Part shown: piece by piece, positions 9,370 through 20,787 of the stretch
Layout of the letters: the number at the start of each line of letters is the position of its first letter
Position numbering within the stretch: the first letter of the stretch is position 1
Origin: an uncultured Alphaproteobacteria bacterium
Lineage (GTDB): Bacteria > Pseudomonadota > Alphaproteobacteria > CAAHEQ01 > UBA3637
DNA: 64,000 nucleotides
NCBI GenBank assembly: GCA_934202735.1
Contig: CAKPYH010000001.1
Location: forward strand, 75,614 to 139,613
Direction: 5' to 3'
Program-made: the position numbers and the translations under genes
Notes under the pieces: generated by a model
Seen by the model: only the letters and a program-made list of their open reading frames with translations
The model's database searches: none
What the model was told of the DNA's origin: nothing

Positions 9370-9398
9370 AGTGTATCACTATCTCTGTTTTTCTGCAA
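9370..9398 (-). promoter_or_regulatory. candidate sigma70-type promoter for the pilin-like gene (-35 TTGCAG, 17-nt spacer, -10 TACACT on minus strand)
   Basis: Read by eye in the 120-bp gap between the gene start and the right repeat array. Weak match. Confidence 0.2.
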
Positions 9399-9450
9399 CA
9401 GTTATTTTGAACAATTTTGAATTTTTTTGATACGGTGGTTTGTTTTAATT

Positions 9451-9664
9451 GACTTCTTTCCTGGATCTCCGGTGGGGCCCGAAGATGACAGGAAAGCGTG
9501 AGTACCCGGGTCAAGCCCGAAGATGACAGGAAAGTGTGAGTGTCCGGGGCCCCTTACCTTGTCATTCCCATGAAAATGGGAATCCATTGGGCACTAAAAT
9601 CCTTATAATATATTGACTTCTCTTTACCCTGGATCTCCGGTGGGGCCCGAAGATGACAAAAGAA
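9451..9664 (-). repeat. right array of the GTCATCTTCGGGC repeat family in inverted orientation (reads ...GCCCGAAGATGAC...), 4-5 copies
   Basis: Contains CCGAAGATGACAGG three times (9478, 9518, 9647) plus TTGACTTCT(T/C)TT(T/A)CC..TGGATCTCCGGTGGGGCCCGAAGATGACA units at 9451 and 9614. It is the inverted partner of 7218-7325 and 7759-7915. Confidence 0.85.
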
Positions 9665-9750
9665 AATAAACGCCCGAAGAGCCAAAGGGAAGAAATCCTT
9701 GTCCCCCTGTGTATCGTGCCACAGACTTTCTAACAGGTACCCCGGCCTGA

Positions 9751-9784
9751 CAAAAAAACACCCCGATCAACCGATGGGGTGTTC
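9751..9784 (-). terminator. rho-independent terminator downstream of rplQ
   Basis: Hairpin ACACCCC-GATCAACCGAT-GGGGTGT followed on the minus strand by a T-run (A7 on the plus strand at 9752-9758), directly 3' of the rplQ stop. Confidence 0.6.
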
Positions 9785-9799
9785 TTTCCTAACCGATAC

Positions 9800-10312
9800 T
9801 TATTCTGCTTTTGCAGTGGCCTTTTTGGCTTTTTCGGCTTTCGGTTCTTTTTTGGCCTTAGCGGGTTTCTTTTCCGCTTTAACTTCTTCGGCCGGAGTTT
9901 CGGCTTCCGCCGCGACTTCCACGACTTGCCCCGAATCTTTACCTTTGGCCGTTATATCGCGGTCCACCAATTCCACAATCGCCATAGGGGCGCAATCACC
10001 AAAGCGGAAACCCGCTTTTAACACGCGCACATAGCCACCTTTACGTTCTTTGTACCGCGGCCCCAAAACGGTCAGCATTTTTTCCACGGCCTTGTCATCA
10101 CGCAGGAAAGACAGCAATTGCCGCCGGATATGGAGTGTATTTTCTTTACCTTTTGTGACCAATTTTTCAAAGATTGGCCGCAATTCCTTGGCTTTCGGCA
10201 AAGTTGTTTTAATTTGTTCATGCTTGGTCAATGCGACCGCCATATTGGCGAACATAGACCGCCGATGAGCAATTTTTTTATTTAATGTTCTTTTTTTAAA
10301 ACCGTGACGCAT
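9800..10312 (-). CDS. rplQ: 50S ribosomal protein L17 with about 50-aa Lys/Ala/Glu-rich C-terminal extension
   Basis: [47 protein letters not shown]... then ...[37 protein letters not shown]. Start chosen at MRH (ATG 10312) rather than the track ATG 10336. Confidence 0.9.
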   Translation of the reverse strand: MRHGFKKRTLNKKIAHRRSMFANMAVALTKHEQIKTTLPKAKELRPIFEKLVTKGKENTLHIRRQLLSFLRDDKAVEKMLTVLGPRYKERKGGYVRVLKAGFRFGDCAPMAIVELVDRDITAKGKDSGQVVEVAAEAETPAEEVKAEKKPAKAKKEPKAEKAKKATAKAE

Positions 10313-10432
10313 TTTGTTTTTCCTTTCATGTTGCAAGGCCTTGAACGCGCAAAGCCGATAGTGTTAGCCGGAACATCCACACCCGTCAGGCAATGTAAAG
10401 TCCGGACGCCGGAGCCGTCCCCGGCGATTTGA

Positions 10433-11449
10433 TTACGATTCCGAATCCACGGTTGCGGACAAGGCTTCCAAGTCTTCGGGAGGCCACCCTTCCACCTGCA
10501 TACCCAGGTGCAAGTCCATCGTTGCCAGCAATTCTTTGATTTCGTTCAAGGACTTGCGGCCGAAGTTCGGTGTCCGCAGCATTTCGGATTCCGTTTTTTG
10601 GACCAGGTCGCCAATATAAATAATGTTGTCGTTTTTCAGGCAGTTGGCCGAACGGACAGACAATTCCAGTTCATCCACCTTTAACAACAGGTTTTTGTTG
10701 AACGGTAATTCGGCGATCTTGTCTTCTATGGTCGCTTCTTCCGGTTCTTCAAAGTTGATAAAGACTTTCAACTGTTCCTGCAAAATACGGGCCGCCAAAG
10801 CAACGGCATCTTCCGGCGTAATCACGCCGTTTGTTTCCACCGTCAGGTACAGTTTATCATAGTCGGTTTGTTGACCCACACGGGCATTGACCGTCTTATA
10901 GATCACCGACTTGACCGGCGAGTAAATAGAGTCAATCGGCAACAATCCGATCGGACAATCTTCCGGCCGATTTTGTTCTGCCGTCACATAGCCTTTACCG
11001 GTGTTGACCATCATTTCAATAGAAATACTGGCCCCTTTATCCAAGGTACAGATGACCAAGTCCGGATTCATCACTTCCACCGTATGATTGGTCACAATCT
11101 GACCGGCCGTCACGACCCCCGGACCCGTCGCATTCAAGTAAATGCGTTGCGGTCCTTCGGCATCCACGCGCAAGGCCAATGATTTAATGTTCAGGATAAT
11201 TTCCGTCACATCTTCACGGACCCCGGGAATGGAAGAAAATTCATGCAGAACACCGGCGATTTTGATAGCCGTCACCGCGCCACCTTGTAAGGAAGACAAC
11301 AACACCCGCCGTAAAGCATTTCCCATTGTCGTTGCAAACCCGCGTTCCAACGGTTCCACAACCATGGTAGCCTTACGCCCCGGAATGATTTGTTCGTCCG
11401 CGCATTTGTCCGGTTTAATCAATTCCTGCCAATTTTTCTGTATCATCAT
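10433..11449 (-). CDS. rpoA: DNA-directed RNA polymerase alpha subunit
   Basis: 338 aa. ...[23 protein letters not shown]... N-terminal domain and alpha-[32 protein letters not shown]. Confidence 0.92.
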   Translation of the reverse strand: MMIQKNWQELIKPDKCADEQIIPGRKATMVVEPLERGFATTMGNALRRVLLSSLQGGAVTAIKIAGVLHEFSSIPGVREDVTEIILNIKSLALRVDAEGPQRIYLNATGPGVVTAGQIVTNHTVEVMNPDLVICTLDKGASISIEMMVNTGKGYVTAEQNRPEDCPIGLLPIDSIYSPVKSVIYKTVNARVGQQTDYDKLYLTVETNGVITPEDAVALAARILQEQLKVFINFEEPEEATIEDKIAELPFNKNLLLKVDELELSVRSANCLKNDNIIYIGDLVQKTESEMLRTPNFGRKSLNEIKELLATMDLHLGMQVEGWPPEDLEALSATVDSES

Positions 11450-11512
11450 AAGAGATTCCCCTTTTGTTAAGAAATGTTATCCGGGACGTGTTGCCGTCCC
11501 GGGCGTTAAAGA

Positions 11513-11908
11513 TTAAACCCGACGGCGTTTACGCGCACGACAACCGTTGTGCGGCAAGGCCGTAATGTCTTTGATGGACGTAATTACCAATCCGGCGGCT
11601 TGGAAAGCCCGCAACGCGGATTCACGACCGGTCCCCGGACCCGTCACATACACTTCAACCGTTTTCACACCGTGTTCCATCGCTTTTTTCGCGGCATCAT
11701 CGGCGGCCATCTGAGCCGCATACGGCGTAGATTTACGGGAACCTTTGAATCCCTTTAACCCTGCGGAAGACCAAGAAATCGCATTTCCTTGCGTATCCGT
11801 AATGGTAATCATTGTGTTGTTAAAAGAAGAATTGACGTGAGCAACACCCACGGCGATGTTCTTTTTATCGCGGTTTTTTGTCCGCGCATTTGTTTTTGTG
11901 TCAGCCAT
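11513..11908 (-). CDS. rpsK: 30S ribosomal protein S11
   Basis: ...[46 protein letters not shown]... Confidence 0.93.
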   Translation of the reverse strand: MADTKTNARTKNRDKKNIAVGVAHVNSSFNNTMITITDTQGNAISWSSAGLKGFKGSRKSTPYAAQMAADDAAKKAMEHGVKTVEVYVTGPGTGRESALRAFQAAGLVITSIKDITALPHNGCRARKRRRV

Positions 11909-11926
11909 TAAACTATTCCTTTCGCC

Positions 11927-12304
11927 TTACTTCGTGACTTTCTTCTTACCGGCAATGGCAATCGCCTTACCTTTACGGGTCCGCGCATTGGTGTGCGTCC
12001 GTTGTCCGCGCACAGGCAACCCTTTACGGTGGCGCAAGCCGCGATAGCAGCCCAAATCCGTCAACCGTTTGATATTCAAAGAAACTTCACGACGCAAGTC
12101 CCCTTCTACATGATAGGAACTGTCAATCAACTCACGAATTTTTAACGTTTCGTCATCCGTCAGGTCACTCACGCGTTTATGTGCGGGAATGCCCACTTTT
12201 TCGCAGATTTCTTCTGCTTTTTTCCGTCCGATACCGTAAATATATGTCAAGCCAATGACAACCAATTTACCTGTCGGAATGTTTACACCAGCAATACGTG
12301 CCAA
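11927..12304 (-). CDS. rpsM: 30S ribosomal protein S13
   Basis: [38 protein letters not shown]... Start assigned to TTG at 12304 preceded by GGAG with an 8-nt spacer. The ATG at 12370 in the ORF track would add 23 non-conserved residues. Confidence 0.85.
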   Translation of the reverse strand: MARIAGVNIPTGKLVVIGLTYIYGIGRKKAEEICEKVGIPAHKRVSDLTDDETLKIRELIDSSYHVEGDLRREVSLNIKRLTDLGCYRGLRHRKGLPVRGQRTHTNARTRKGKAIAIAGKKKVTK

Positions 12305-12421
12305 GGTACTTTCTCCATTAAGCCTATAAAAAACAATAAAATTTAAGTCCAGACCCTTCCATAAAGACACCTGAACGAGCGGGAATTATACACTATTTTT
12401 CGTCCGATGTCAAGTCCGAAT

Positions 12422-13108
12422 TCAATATCCTACTATTTTTCTTATTTTTTCACTAACGACATCAATGGGTCCCGTCCCATCAACGCACACCAAAAGCCCC
12501 TTTTCTTCGTAGTAAGGTATGACCGGAGCCGTTACAGAGCGGTAATTGCGAAGTCTAGATACTACCGTTTCATAGGTATCGTCCGCCCGCCGTGTAAATT
12601 CTTTACCGCCACAAATGTCGCACACGCCAAACACTTTTGTCGGTTTGAATTTCTCATGATACAACGCACCACACTTGGCACATTGACTGCGCCCAATGAT
12701 ACGATCAATCACATATTCATCGGGAACTTGCAACAAAATAACTAAATCCACCCCCAGATTATTTTCCACAAACACGGGTTTTTGTTGCATTTGTTCAAAA
12801 ACTTTAGCCTGATCCAACGTCCGCGGGAAACCGTCTAAAATATAGCCTTTACGGTTTTCGGGTTCCAATAACTTGGCTTCTATCCGCCCGACAATAAATT
12901 CGGCAGGGACCAGGTTGCCTTTATCAATAATGGCCTTAATGGCATTGCCTTCCGGGGTTCCGGATGTCGTGGCTTCGCGCAACAACTCACCGGCCGAATA
13001 GGTATGCAAGGCTAACTTTTCGGACAAAATGGCGCTTTGCGTCCCTTTTCCACTGCCCGGAGGGCCCATCATAATAATATGCCGTGGAGGAACTTTATTT
13101 TCTGCCAT
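12422..13108 (-). CDS. adk: adenylate kinase (long form with Cys4 LID domain)
   Basis: HIIMMGPPGSGKGTQSAILSEK... and CAKCGALYH...CDICGGKEFTRRADD. Located between secY and rpsM. Confidence 0.9.
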   Translation of the reverse strand: MAENKVPPRHIIMMGPPGSGKGTQSAILSEKLALHTYSAGELLREATTSGTPEGNAIKAIIDKGNLVPAEFIVGRIEAKLLEPENRKGYILDGFPRTLDQAKVFEQMQQKPVFVENNLGVDLVILLQVPDEYVIDRIIGRSQCAKCGALYHEKFKPTKVFGVCDICGGKEFTRRADDTYETVVSRLRNYRSVTAPVIPYYEEKGLLVCVDGTGPIDVVSEKIRKIVGY

Positions 13109-13109
13109 T

Positions 13110-14438
13110 TTAGAACCGTCCTTTCAATTTTGCTTTTTTAATCAAACTTTCGTATTGATGTGCCAACAAGTGAGATTGAATTTGATTGATAGTATCCATT
13201 ACCACCGACACCACAATCAACAAAGACGTACCGCCCAACACAAAAGGCACATTAAATTTTTCCATCAACAAGTGCGGCAACACGCACAGAATCGTTAAAT
13301 AGGCCGCCCCCAGGACCAACAACCGGGTCATCACAAACCCCAAGTAATCCGCCGTATTTTTCCCCGGCCGAATACCGGCCACAAAACCACCTTGTTTTTT
13401 CAAGTTATCGGCAATTTCATCGGGATTGGTAGACGGTTGCAGGCTGGCATAAAAGAATGTAAAGAAGACAATCAAAACACCGTAAATGGTCATGTACAAC
13501 CACCCACCGTTAAACAAAGACCCCCACAAACCGTTGGTCAGGTCGCCCCCGAAAATCTTGGCAAACAACGGCGGGATTCCCAAAATCGTCCCGGCAAAGA
13601 TCGGCGGCATCACACCTACCGGATTGATTTTTAAGGGCAGATAAGAATTCGCATTTTGCACCATACGGGCCCCCATTTGGCGTTTCGGATATTGCACGAT
13701 AATACGCCGTTGCGCCCGTTCAAACATCACCACCAAATAAACCACCGCGATGACCAGGAACAGGACAAACAACTCTACCCCCACAGACATAGCCCCGGTC
13801 CGACCGCTTTCAAACAAGCGGGCAAACGCCATCGGAATCCCCGATACAATCCCGACAGTAATCAACAACGATGAACCGTTGCCGACACCGCGGGCCGTGA
13901 TTTGGTCGCTGAGCCAGATCACAAACATCGTGCCCCCCAACACGGACACAACCGTAGATAATTCAAACAAGCCGGCAGACGGCATCACAACGGCCCCGCT
14001 GGCTTCCAACCCGCGCGCAATCCCGTAGGATTGGAACACCGTCATCACAACGGCTAAATAGCGGGTATATTGATTCAACCGGCGCATACCTGATTCGCCT
14101 TCTTTGCGCAGGGCACCCAGTTGCGGAAAAATGAAACTGGCCATCTGAATTAAAATAGAGGCCGTAATATACGGGATAATGTTCAGAACAAAGATAGACA
14201 TCCGTTCTAATGCTCCCCCCGTAAAGGAGTTAAACATCCCCACCAAACCGCCGGCATTTTCACCTTGAAAAAAGCCACCGATAACTTGCGGGTTAACCCC
14301 CGGAACGGGGACATACGTCCCCAACCGGAAGACAATCAAGGCCAAGAGGGTGAACAACAATCTCTTTTGCAGATCTTTCGCCTTTGAAAAAGCCGAAAAA
14401 TCTACACTATTCGCCATTTTTTCTGACATTGAAACCAT
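13110..14438 (-). CDS. secY: preprotein translocase subunit SecY
   Basis: 442 aa multi-TM protein in canonical position after rplO. ...GGTSLLIVVSVVMDTINQIQSHL... C-terminus. Confidence 0.92.
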   Translation of the reverse strand: MVSMSEKMANSVDFSAFSKAKDLQKRLLFTLLALIVFRLGTYVPVPGVNPQVIGGFFQGENAGGLVGMFNSFTGGALERMSIFVLNIIPYITASILIQMASFIFPQLGALRKEGESGMRRLNQYTRYLAVVMTVFQSYGIARGLEASGAVVMPSAGLFELSTVVSVLGGTMFVIWLSDQITARGVGNGSSLLITVGIVSGIPMAFARLFESGRTGAMSVGVELFVLFLVIAVVYLVVMFERAQRRIIVQYPKRQMGARMVQNANSYLPLKINPVGVMPPIFAGTILGIPPLFAKIFGGDLTNGLWGSLFNGGWLYMTIYGVLIVFFTFFYASLQPSTNPDEIADNLKKQGGFVAGIRPGKNTADYLGFVMTRLLVLGAAYLTILCVLPHLLMEKFNVPFVLGGTSLLIVVSVVMDTINQIQSHLLAHQYESLIKKAKLKGRF

Positions 14439-14458
14439 TTGAACACCCTCTCCTTATC

Positions 14459-14986
14459 TTAAGCCTTTTTTGTTTTTTTCACTGTTTTTTCTTTTTTAGA
14501 TGTTTTCACACCTTTTGTCAAGACAGTTTTCTTTTTCGGTTCAACGATGACCTGACCGCCGGCCTTTTCAACCGCCGCAATAGCGGCTTTGGTGGCCCCG
14601 GCAACCCGAATGGTGGCTTTGGACGCAAAATCACCCTTACCCAACAAACGTACGCCGTCTTTGGCATTTTTAATCAGGCCCGCTTCCATCAAAGCCACGG
14701 CATCAATTTCGTTGCCCAAGACTTTGGCATCAATCGCTTTCTGGATTTTGTCCAGATTGATTTCCGCAAATGTCAGACGGAAGATATTGTTAAAACCGCG
14801 TTTCGGAGCCCGGCGATAGACGGACATTTGCCCGCCTTCAAACCCGTTGATGGCTACACCGGTCCGGGCTTTTTGGCCCTTGAACCCGCGACCACCGGTC
14901 CGGCCTTTACCCGAACCGACACCCCGTGCCACACGCATCAGTTTTTGACGCGCGCCTTTGTTATCACGAATTTCATTTAACTTCAT
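14459..14986 (-). CDS. rplO: 50S ribosomal protein L15
   Basis: [43 protein letters not shown]... Confidence 0.92.
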   Translation of the reverse strand: MKLNEIRDNKGARQKLMRVARGVGSGKGRTGGRGFKGQKARTGVAINGFEGGQMSVYRRAPKRGFNNIFRLTFAEINLDKIQKAIDAKVLGNEIDAVALMEAGLIKNAKDGVRLLGKGDFASKATIRVAGATKAAIAAVEKAGGQVIVEPKKKTVLTKGVKTSKKEKTVKKTKKA

Positions 14987-14998
14987 TACAAAATCTCC

Positions 14999-15607
14999 TT
15001 ATTCAGCCACTTCTTTGGACGTTTCTTCCCCATCGCGGCGACCAACGATTTCGCCAACCTTTTTACCGCGGCGTGCAGCAATGTTCCGTGGAGAGTGTGA
15101 TCCGTTCAAAGCGTCAAATGTTGCCCGAACCATGTTGTGCGGATTGCTGGACCCTGTGCACTTGGCCACAACGTCTTGAATCCCCATGGCTTCAAAAACG
15201 GCACGCATCGGACCGCCGGCAATGATACCGGTACCGGCCGGAGCCGTTCGCAGCGTTACCTGACCGGCCCCAAAGTGTCCCAACACATCATGATGCAGTG
15301 TCCGCCCTTCTTTCAAGGGGACGCGAATCAAATGACGGCGTGCACGTTCCGTTGCCTTTTTAATGGCATCGGGTACTTCTTTGGACTTGGCATGCGCAAA
15401 GCCCACACGACCTTTTTGATCACCCACAACCACCAATGCGGCAAAAGCAAAACGCTTACCGCCCTTAACGGTTTTGGACACACGATTGACATGCACCACC
15501 CGATCAACAAATTCATCGGCCGGCCGTTCGGCACGGGTGTCTTCATTCCGATCCTTACGGGGCCGGCGTTTCTTTTCTTGCTTTTCTTCTTTTTCTAATT
15601 CAGCCAT
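14999..15607 (-). CDS. rpsE: 30S ribosomal protein S5 (with charged N-terminal extension)
   Basis: ...[50 protein letters not shown]... A 12-nt gap to rplO leaves no room for rpmD. Confidence 0.92.
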   Translation of the reverse strand: MAELEKEEKQEKKRRPRKDRNEDTRAERPADEFVDRVVHVNRVSKTVKGGKRFAFAALVVVGDQKGRVGFAHAKSKEVPDAIKKATERARRHLIRVPLKEGRTLHHDVLGHFGAGQVTLRTAPAGTGIIAGGPMRAVFEAMGIQDVVAKCTGSSNPHNMVRATFDALNGSHSPRNIAARRGKKVGEIVGRRDGEETSKEVAE

Positions 15608-15616
15608 TTGTTCCTC

Positions 15617-15967
15617 CTAGAACGATAACCCGGCTTCACGGGCTGCTTCGGCAATCGCCTTGATACGACCGTGGAACAGATAACCGCCCCGATCAAACAC
15701 GACTTCTTTAATACCGGCCTGCTGCGCACGGGCGGCAATCAACTGCCCGACGGCGGCGGCACCGGCCACGGTAGAACCTTTCGCGGTGATTTCTTTGTCT
15801 TTGGAAGACGCAGACACCAAAGTTTTTCCGGATTTGTCGTCAATAATCTGTGCATAGATATTCTTTTCCGAACGATGCACGGACAAACGAACGCGACCGG
15901 CGGCTTTTGTCTTCAACGCATAACGAACACGCGCTTTCCGACGTTCAAATTGTTCAATGTTTTTCAT
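15617..15967 (-). CDS. rplR: 50S ribosomal protein L18
   Basis: ...[33 protein letters not shown]... Confidence 0.92.
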   Translation of the reverse strand: MKNIEQFERRKARVRYALKTKAAGRVRLSVHRSEKNIYAQIIDDKSGKTLVSASSKDKEITAKGSTVAGAAAVGQLIAARAQQAGIKEVVFDRGGYLFHGRIKAIAEAAREAGLSF

Positions 15968-15978
15968 TTGACTACCCT

Positions 15979-16506
15979 TTATTTTTTCTTACCTTCTTTG
16001 CGCAGGACGGTTTCAGTATCATACTTCACGCCTTTGCCTTTATACGGTTCCGGAGCCCGATAAGAACGGATTTCCGATGCCACTTGACCCAACAACTGTT
16101 TGTCGGCACTGGACAACTCAATGGTTGTCTGGACCGGGCAAGCCGCTTTCACACCGGCCGGCAGTTGATAGTCAATATCATGGCTGAACCCCAACGTCAG
16201 TTTCAGGTTTTGCCCTTGTACTTGTGCCCGATAACCGACACCGATCAGTTCCAATTTTTTCGTGAAACCTTCGGAGACACCTTTGACCAGGTTGTGAATG
16301 TTGGCGCGCACGGTTCCCCACAAAGCGCGATGTTCACCACCGGCGGGACGGACAATCAATTCATCACCTTCCTGCTTGACAATCACGCCATGCGGAATGT
16401 GTGTTTTCAATTCGCCCAGTTTCCCTTTGACGGTAATTTCTTCGGCACCGATAACGGCGGTTACACCGGCCGGCATTTTCACAGGATGTTTTCCAATACG
16501 AGACAT
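15979..16506 (-). CDS. rplF: 50S ribosomal protein L6
   Basis: [33 protein letters not shown]... Confidence 0.93.
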   Translation of the reverse strand: MSRIGKHPVKMPAGVTAVIGAEEITVKGKLGELKTHIPHGVIVKQEGDELIVRPAGGEHRALWGTVRANIHNLVKGVSEGFTKKLELIGVGYRAQVQGQNLKLTLGFSHDIDYQLPAGVKAACPVQTTIELSSADKQLLGQVASEIRSYRAPEPYKGKGVKYDTETVLRKEGKKK

Positions 16507-16520
16507 GGTTTAAAATCCTC

Positions 16521-16919
16521 CTAGAATACCTTGCAAAGCACTTCGCCGCCCAAGTTGGCTTGACGTGCTTCGTTATCGGACATAACACCCGACGGGGTTG
16601 ATAACACATAGATGCCCAAGCCGTTATAGAACTTCGGCAAATCTTTGACTTTGGAATATACACGCCGACCCGGTGTAGAAACCCGAGAGATTTCTTTAAT
16701 CACCATTTCATCTTCGTGATATTTCAATTCTACTTTGAATTCGTCAACACCCGGACGGACGCTGACGCGTTCATAACCGCGAATATAACCTTCCCGTTTC
16801 AAGACATCCAAAACGCTGGCGCGCAGGTTAGATGCCGGGACGATTACAAAACTTTTATGGGACATGCCGCCGTTGCGGATGCGGGTCAGCATATCGCCCA
16901 AAGGATCTGTCATAGACAT
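16521..16919 (-). CDS. rpsH: 30S ribosomal protein S8
   Basis: [32 protein letters not shown]... Confidence 0.93.
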   Translation of the reverse strand: MSMTDPLGDMLTRIRNGGMSHKSFVIVPASNLRASVLDVLKREGYIRGYERVSVRPGVDEFKVELKYHEDEMVIKEISRVSTPGRRVYSKVKDLPKFYNGLGIYVLSTPSGVMSDNEARQANLGGEVLCKVF

Positions 16920-16931
16920 TTGTCTTTCTCC

Positions 16932-17237
16932 TTACCAACTGGATTTAACCATACCCGGAATTTGACCTTCATTGGCCAACTTGCGTAATTGGATACGGCT
17001 GAGTTTTAATTTTCTGTAAACACCGTGCGAACGGCCCGTCAATTCACACCGATGGTGTATTCTGACGGCCGACGAGTTGCGGGGCAACTTCGCTAATTGA
17101 AGAGTCGCTTCAAACACCTGTTCGGGTGTAGAGTTTTTATCTTCAATAATCGCTTTCAAGGCCGCGCGTTTCTTGGCATACTTTTTAACCAAGGCTTCGC
17201 GCTTTTTATTTCTGTTGATTGAACATAATTTAGCCAT
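16932..17237 (-). CDS. rpsN: 30S ribosomal protein S14 (101-aa type)
   Basis: [31 protein letters not shown]... Confidence 0.92.
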   Translation of the reverse strand: MAKLCSINRNKKREALVKKYAKKRAALKAIIEDKNSTPEQVFEATLQLAKLPRNSSAVRIHHRCELTGRSHGVYRKLKLSRIQLRKLANEGQIPGMVKSSW

Positions 17238-17248
17238 GTGATTTTCCT

Positions 17249-17794
17249 TTACTTCATGAACGGCATACCGAATCCGGCCAACAAAGCCTTAGCTTCTTTG
17301 TCCGTCTTGGCGGTTGTTCCGATGACGATATCCATACCGCGGATTTTGTCAACGGTGTCATAGTTGATTTCCAAGAACACGATTTGTTCTTTCAAACCCA
17401 TCGCATAATTCCCGTGGCCGTCAAAACTGTTGTTCGGAACACCCCGGAAGTCGCGTACACGCGGCAAAGCCATCGTAATCAACCGATCCAAAAATTCATA
17501 CATTTTTTCACGGCGCAACGTTACTTTGCAACCGATAGCCATACCGGCCCGCAACTTAAAAGTCGCAATGGATTTTTTGGAATAGGTCAACACCGGTTTT
17601 TGCCCGGCAATGGCTTCCATATCTTTCAAGGCACCTTCCAAGGCCTTACGGTCTTCGGTGGCTTCCCCGATACCCATGTTCAGGACGATCTTGTCCAATT
17701 TGGGAACTTCCATTTTGTTTTTGTATCCGAACTCTTTAACCAAAGCCGGCACAATGACATCTTGATATTGTTTTTGTAATCTTGTCATGTTCAT
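17249..17794 (-). CDS. rplE: 50S ribosomal protein L5
   Basis: ...[30 protein letters not shown]... Confidence 0.93.
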   Translation of the reverse strand: MNMTRLQKQYQDVIVPALVKEFGYKNKMEVPKLDKIVLNMGIGEATEDRKALEGALKDMEAIAGQKPVLTYSKKSIATFKLRAGMAIGCKVTLRREKMYEFLDRLITMALPRVRDFRGVPNNSFDGHGNYAMGLKEQIVFLEINYDTVDKIRGMDIVIGTTAKTDKEAKALLAGFGMPFMK

Positions 17795-17799
17795 TTCCC

Positions 17800-18114
17800 T
17801 TATTTGCCAATGACTTCGCCGGATTTTTTGGCCACCCGGACTTTTTGACCGTCATTGATTTTCATACCGACACGTGTCGCTTTGCCCGTTTTCGGGTCAA
17901 TCAAAGCCACATTGGACACATGAATGGGGTGTTCTTTAGACACGATACCGCCCGCGTTTTCCTGAGTCGGCTTGGTGTGGCGTTTCACCATATTGATCCC
18001 GCGGACAACCACTTTGCTGTCTTTGGGCATCGCTTGGATCACTTCACCCGTTTTACCTTTATCGCGACCGGCGACAACAATCACCTGATCACCTTTTTTG
18101 ATTTTCATCGTCAT
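17800..18114 (-). CDS. rplX: 50S ribosomal protein L24
   Basis: [32 protein letters not shown]... Confidence 0.92.
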   Translation of the reverse strand: MTMKIKKGDQVIVVAGRDKGKTGEVIQAMPKDSKVVVRGINMVKRHTKPTQENAGGIVSKEHPIHVSNVALIDPKTGKATRVGMKINDGQKVRVAKKSGEVIGK

Positions 18115-18115
18115 T

Positions 18116-18484
18116 TTACAATACCTCCGGTGCCAAGGACATGATTTTCACAAATCCCGCGGCACGCAATTCGCGAGTCACCGGTCCGAAGATACGGGTT
18201 CCGATGGGTTCGCCATCTTTGTTGACTAAAACAGCGGCATTGCTGTCAAACCGAATGGTGCTGCCATCTTCACGACGGATTTCCTTTTTGGTCCGGACGA
18301 TCAAAGCGCGTTGAACATCGCCTTGTTTCACCTTACCTTTGGGAATCGCTTTCTTGACGGAAACGATAATCACATCGCCGACAGAAGCATACCGACGACC
18401 TGCGCCGCCAATGACCTTGATACACTGAACTTTCCGGGCTCCGGAGTTATCAGCCACATCAAGATTGCTTTCTACTTGAATCAT
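18116..18484 (-). CDS. rplN: 50S ribosomal protein L14
   Basis: [33 protein letters not shown]... Confidence 0.94.
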   Translation of the reverse strand: MIQVESNLDVADNSGARKVQCIKVIGGAGRRYASVGDVIIVSVKKAIPKGKVKQGDVQRALIVRTKKEIRREDGSTIRFDSNAAVLVNKDGEPIGTRIFGPVTRELRAAGFVKIMSLAPEVL

Positions 18485-18508
18485 GGTATTTCCTTCCTTA
18501 GTTTCAAG

Positions 18509-18745
18509 TTATTTATTTTCCGACACGACCACCCAAGTTTTTGTTTTGGACAGAGGCCGGCTCTCCATAATTTGTACAACGTCGCCGACCTTGCACAAAT
18601 TGTTTTCATCATGCGCGGTGTATTTGGCACTGCGCTTGATGTATTTCTTATACACAGGGTGCATCACCCGCCGTTCCACACGAACGACGACGGATTTATC
18701 CATTTTGTCGGAAACGACAACACCTTGCAATACTCTTTTAGGCAT
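18509..18745 (-). CDS. rpsQ: 30S ribosomal protein S17
   Basis: ...[34 protein letters not shown]... Confidence 0.92.
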   Translation of the reverse strand: MPKRVLQGVVVSDKMDKSVVVRVERRVMHPVYKKYIKRSAKYTAHDENNLCKVGDVVQIMESRPLSKTKTWVVVSENK

Positions 18746-18763
18746 GATTAAATCTCCTTCACC

Positions 18764-18961
18764 CTATTTTTTCGCGGCTTTTTGAGCCAACGCTGTTTTG
18801 ATTTGAGCGATTTCTTTACGCACTTGCCGACGACGGGCAGTATTTTTCAACTGACCGCTGGCTTGTTGGAACCGCAGATTCAGGCTTTCTTTTTGCAAAG
18901 AAGATTCCATTTCTGCCAATTCTTTTTCGTCTTTCGCCACAATATTTTTGAATTTTTCCAT
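18764..18961 (-). CDS. rpmC: 50S ribosomal protein L29
   Basis: 65 aa. ...[27 protein letters not shown]... Canonical position between rplP and rpsQ. Confidence 0.88.
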   Translation of the reverse strand: MEKFKNIVAKDEKELAEMESSLQKESLNLRFQQASGQLKNTARRRQVRKEIAQIKTALAQKAAKK

Positions 18962-18964
18962 GGT

Positions 18965-19387
18965 TTATACCTCTTCATCCGCCGACCGCGCGATAAACTT
19001 TGTTTTAATCGGCAGTTTTGCGGAGGCTAACGTGAAGGCTTCACGGGCGATTTCTTCCGTGATACCGTCCACTTCAAACATGATGCGACCCGGTTTAACC
19101 CGGCAAACCCAGAATTCCGGCGCACCTTTCCCTTTACCTTGACGCACTTCAGGCGGTTTTTTAGACACAGGTACATCCGGGAAAATCCGAATCCACAAAC
19201 GTCCTTGACGCTTCATCGCACGAGAAATGGCCCGGCGGGCGGCTTCAATTTGCCGCGCCGTTACCCGTTCCGCACCCAACGCCTTTAACCCGAAGGAGCC
19301 AAAATCTAATGTCGTAGCTGATTTAGCGACACCATGAATGCGTCCCTTAAATGCTTTACGAAATTTCGTTCTTTTTGGTTGTAACAT
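18965..19387 (-). CDS. rplP: 50S ribosomal protein L16
   Basis: [38 protein letters not shown]... Confidence 0.94.
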   Translation of the reverse strand: MLQPKRTKFRKAFKGRIHGVAKSATTLDFGSFGLKALGAERVTARQIEAARRAISRAMKRQGRLWIRIFPDVPVSKKPPEVRQGKGKGAPEFWVCRVKPGRIMFEVDGITEEIAREAFTLASAKLPIKTKFIARSADEEV

Positions 19388-19402
19388 TTGACTGTCCCTT
19401 CA

Positions 19403-20074
19403 TTAATGTTGATCTGACAAACGCTTGTCTTGGGCCATCGGATCATGGGCCAGGATTTCGCCTTTGTAAATCCAAACTTTCACACCGCAAGTGCCATAGG
19501 CGGTATGCGCCGTAGCCATACCGTAATCCACATCGGCACGCAATGTGTGCAAAGGCACACGGCCTTCACGATACCATTCCACCCGAGCAATTTCTGCACC
19601 GCCCAAGCGACCGCCACAGTTGATACGAATCCCTTCTGCCCCTTGACGCAAAGCCGATTGTACGGCCCGTTTCATGGCACGGCGGAAAGAAATACGCTTT
19701 TCCAACTGTTGTGCGATATTATCCGCAACCAGTTTGGCATCAATTTCCGGTTTACGAACTTCTACGATATTGACACTGACTTCTTGACCACCCGACAATT
19801 TCGTCAGGTCTTTTTTCAATGCTTCAATATCTTGACCTTTTTTACCGATAATCACGCCCGGACGTGCACAATAAATGGTGACACGGGCTTTTTTAGCGGG
19901 ACGTTCAATCACGATATGACTGATACCGGCGGCCGCCAATTTCTTCGTCAAAAATTTACGAATTTCAATATCGGCCAACAGCAAATCGGCATAACCGGCA
20001 TCGGCGAACCAACGCGAGTCCCATGTCCGATTGATTCCCAGGCGCAAACCTGTCGGATTAACTTTCTGACCCAT
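19403..20074 (-). CDS. rpsC: 30S ribosomal protein S3
   Basis: [42 protein letters not shown]... with KH domain. Confidence 0.94.
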   Translation of the reverse strand: MGQKVNPTGLRLGINRTWDSRWFADAGYADLLLADIEIRKFLTKKLAAAGISHIVIERPAKKARVTIYCARPGVIIGKKGQDIEALKKDLTKLSGGQEVSVNIVEVRKPEIDAKLVADNIAQQLEKRISFRRAMKRAVQSALRQGAEGIRINCGGRLGGAEIARVEWYREGRVPLHTLRADVDYGMATAHTAYGTCGVKVWIYKGEILAHDPMAQDKRLSDQH

Positions 20075-20487
20075 TATTTTGTCTCCTTTGCTTTAGTCGT
20101 CTTTTTCGCTTTTGGGGCGGTTTTAGGGGCCGTTTCTTGTTCGGCCACGACAACCGTCATGTTTGAAAAAGGTTTTAAGATGCGATTACCGCGCCCTTTG
20201 GCACCGGCCTGAAAACGCTTCATCACCATGGCTTTACCGACATAGGCTTCATGAACCACCAAGCGATCGGCATCCATGTTATGATTGTTTTCGGCATTTG
20301 CGATGGCGGACAGCAACACTTTCTTTGCTTCTTCGGCAACACGTTTTTTGGAAAACGTCAGTTGCGCCACAGCCTTGCCGGCCTTTAACCCACGAATGGA
20401 TTCGGCCAACAGGTTCAACTTGCGCGGCGAAACGCGGATCATGCGCGCTTTCGCTTTTGCTGTTTTAACTTCTTGTTTTTTTACCAT
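20074..20487 (-). CDS. rplV: 50S ribosomal protein L22 (with Lys/Thr/Ala-rich C-terminal tail)
   Basis: ...[45 protein letters not shown]... Tail ...[23 protein letters not shown]. Confidence 0.92.
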   Translation of the reverse strand: MVKKQEVKTAKAKARMIRVSPRKLNLLAESIRGLKAGKAVAQLTFSKKRVAEEAKKVLLSAIANAENNHNMDADRLVVHEAYVGKAMVMKRFQAGAKGRGNRILKPFSNMTVVVAEQETAPKTAPKAKKTTKAKETK

Positions 20488-20496
20488 AATTTACCT

Positions 20497-20778
20497 CTAT
20501 GACTGTGTTGCTTTCGCATCAGCGGCCGTATGACCGTTAAAGGTCCGTGTCGGTGCAAATTCACCGAACTTATGACCGATCATATTTTCACTGACTAAAA
20601 CCGGGATAAACTTTTTACCATTATATACGCCAAAAGTCAAGCCCACAAATTGAGGAAGTATCGTAGATCTGCGCGACCATGTTTTGATTACTTCATGACG
20701 ACCGGATGCTTTCGCTTTTTCTGCTTTATCCAACAGATAACCGTCCACAAAAGGTCCTTTCCATACGGATCTTGTCAT
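20497..20778 (-). CDS. rpsS: 30S ribosomal protein S19
   Basis: [57 protein letters not shown]... Confidence 0.94.
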   Translation of the reverse strand: MTRSVWKGPFVDGYLLDKAEKAKASGRHEVIKTWSRRSTILPQFVGLTFGVYNGKKFIPVLVSENMIGHKFGEFAPTRTFNGHTAADAKATQS

Positions 20779-20787
20779 TTATGCCTC

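Noticed and set aside
7218-9664. Possibility that the GTCATCTTCGGGC repeats form a CRISPR array
   Set aside because: Spacing between units is irregular (26-64 bp, plus a 430-bp gap containing a gene). Units vary in sequence and the two clusters are in inverted orientation. No cas genes are present.
9699-10034. Plus-strand ORFs 9699-10034 and 9779-10021 opposite the rplQ tail
   Set aside because: They are antisense to the Lys/Ala-rich extension of L17, with Phe/Gly/Arg-rich low-complexity translations.
12305-12370. ATG at 12370 as rpsM start (147-aa version)
   Set aside because: It adds 23 residues absent from S13 proteins. TTG at 12304 with upstream GGAG reproduces the conserved [10 protein letters not shown]-terminus.
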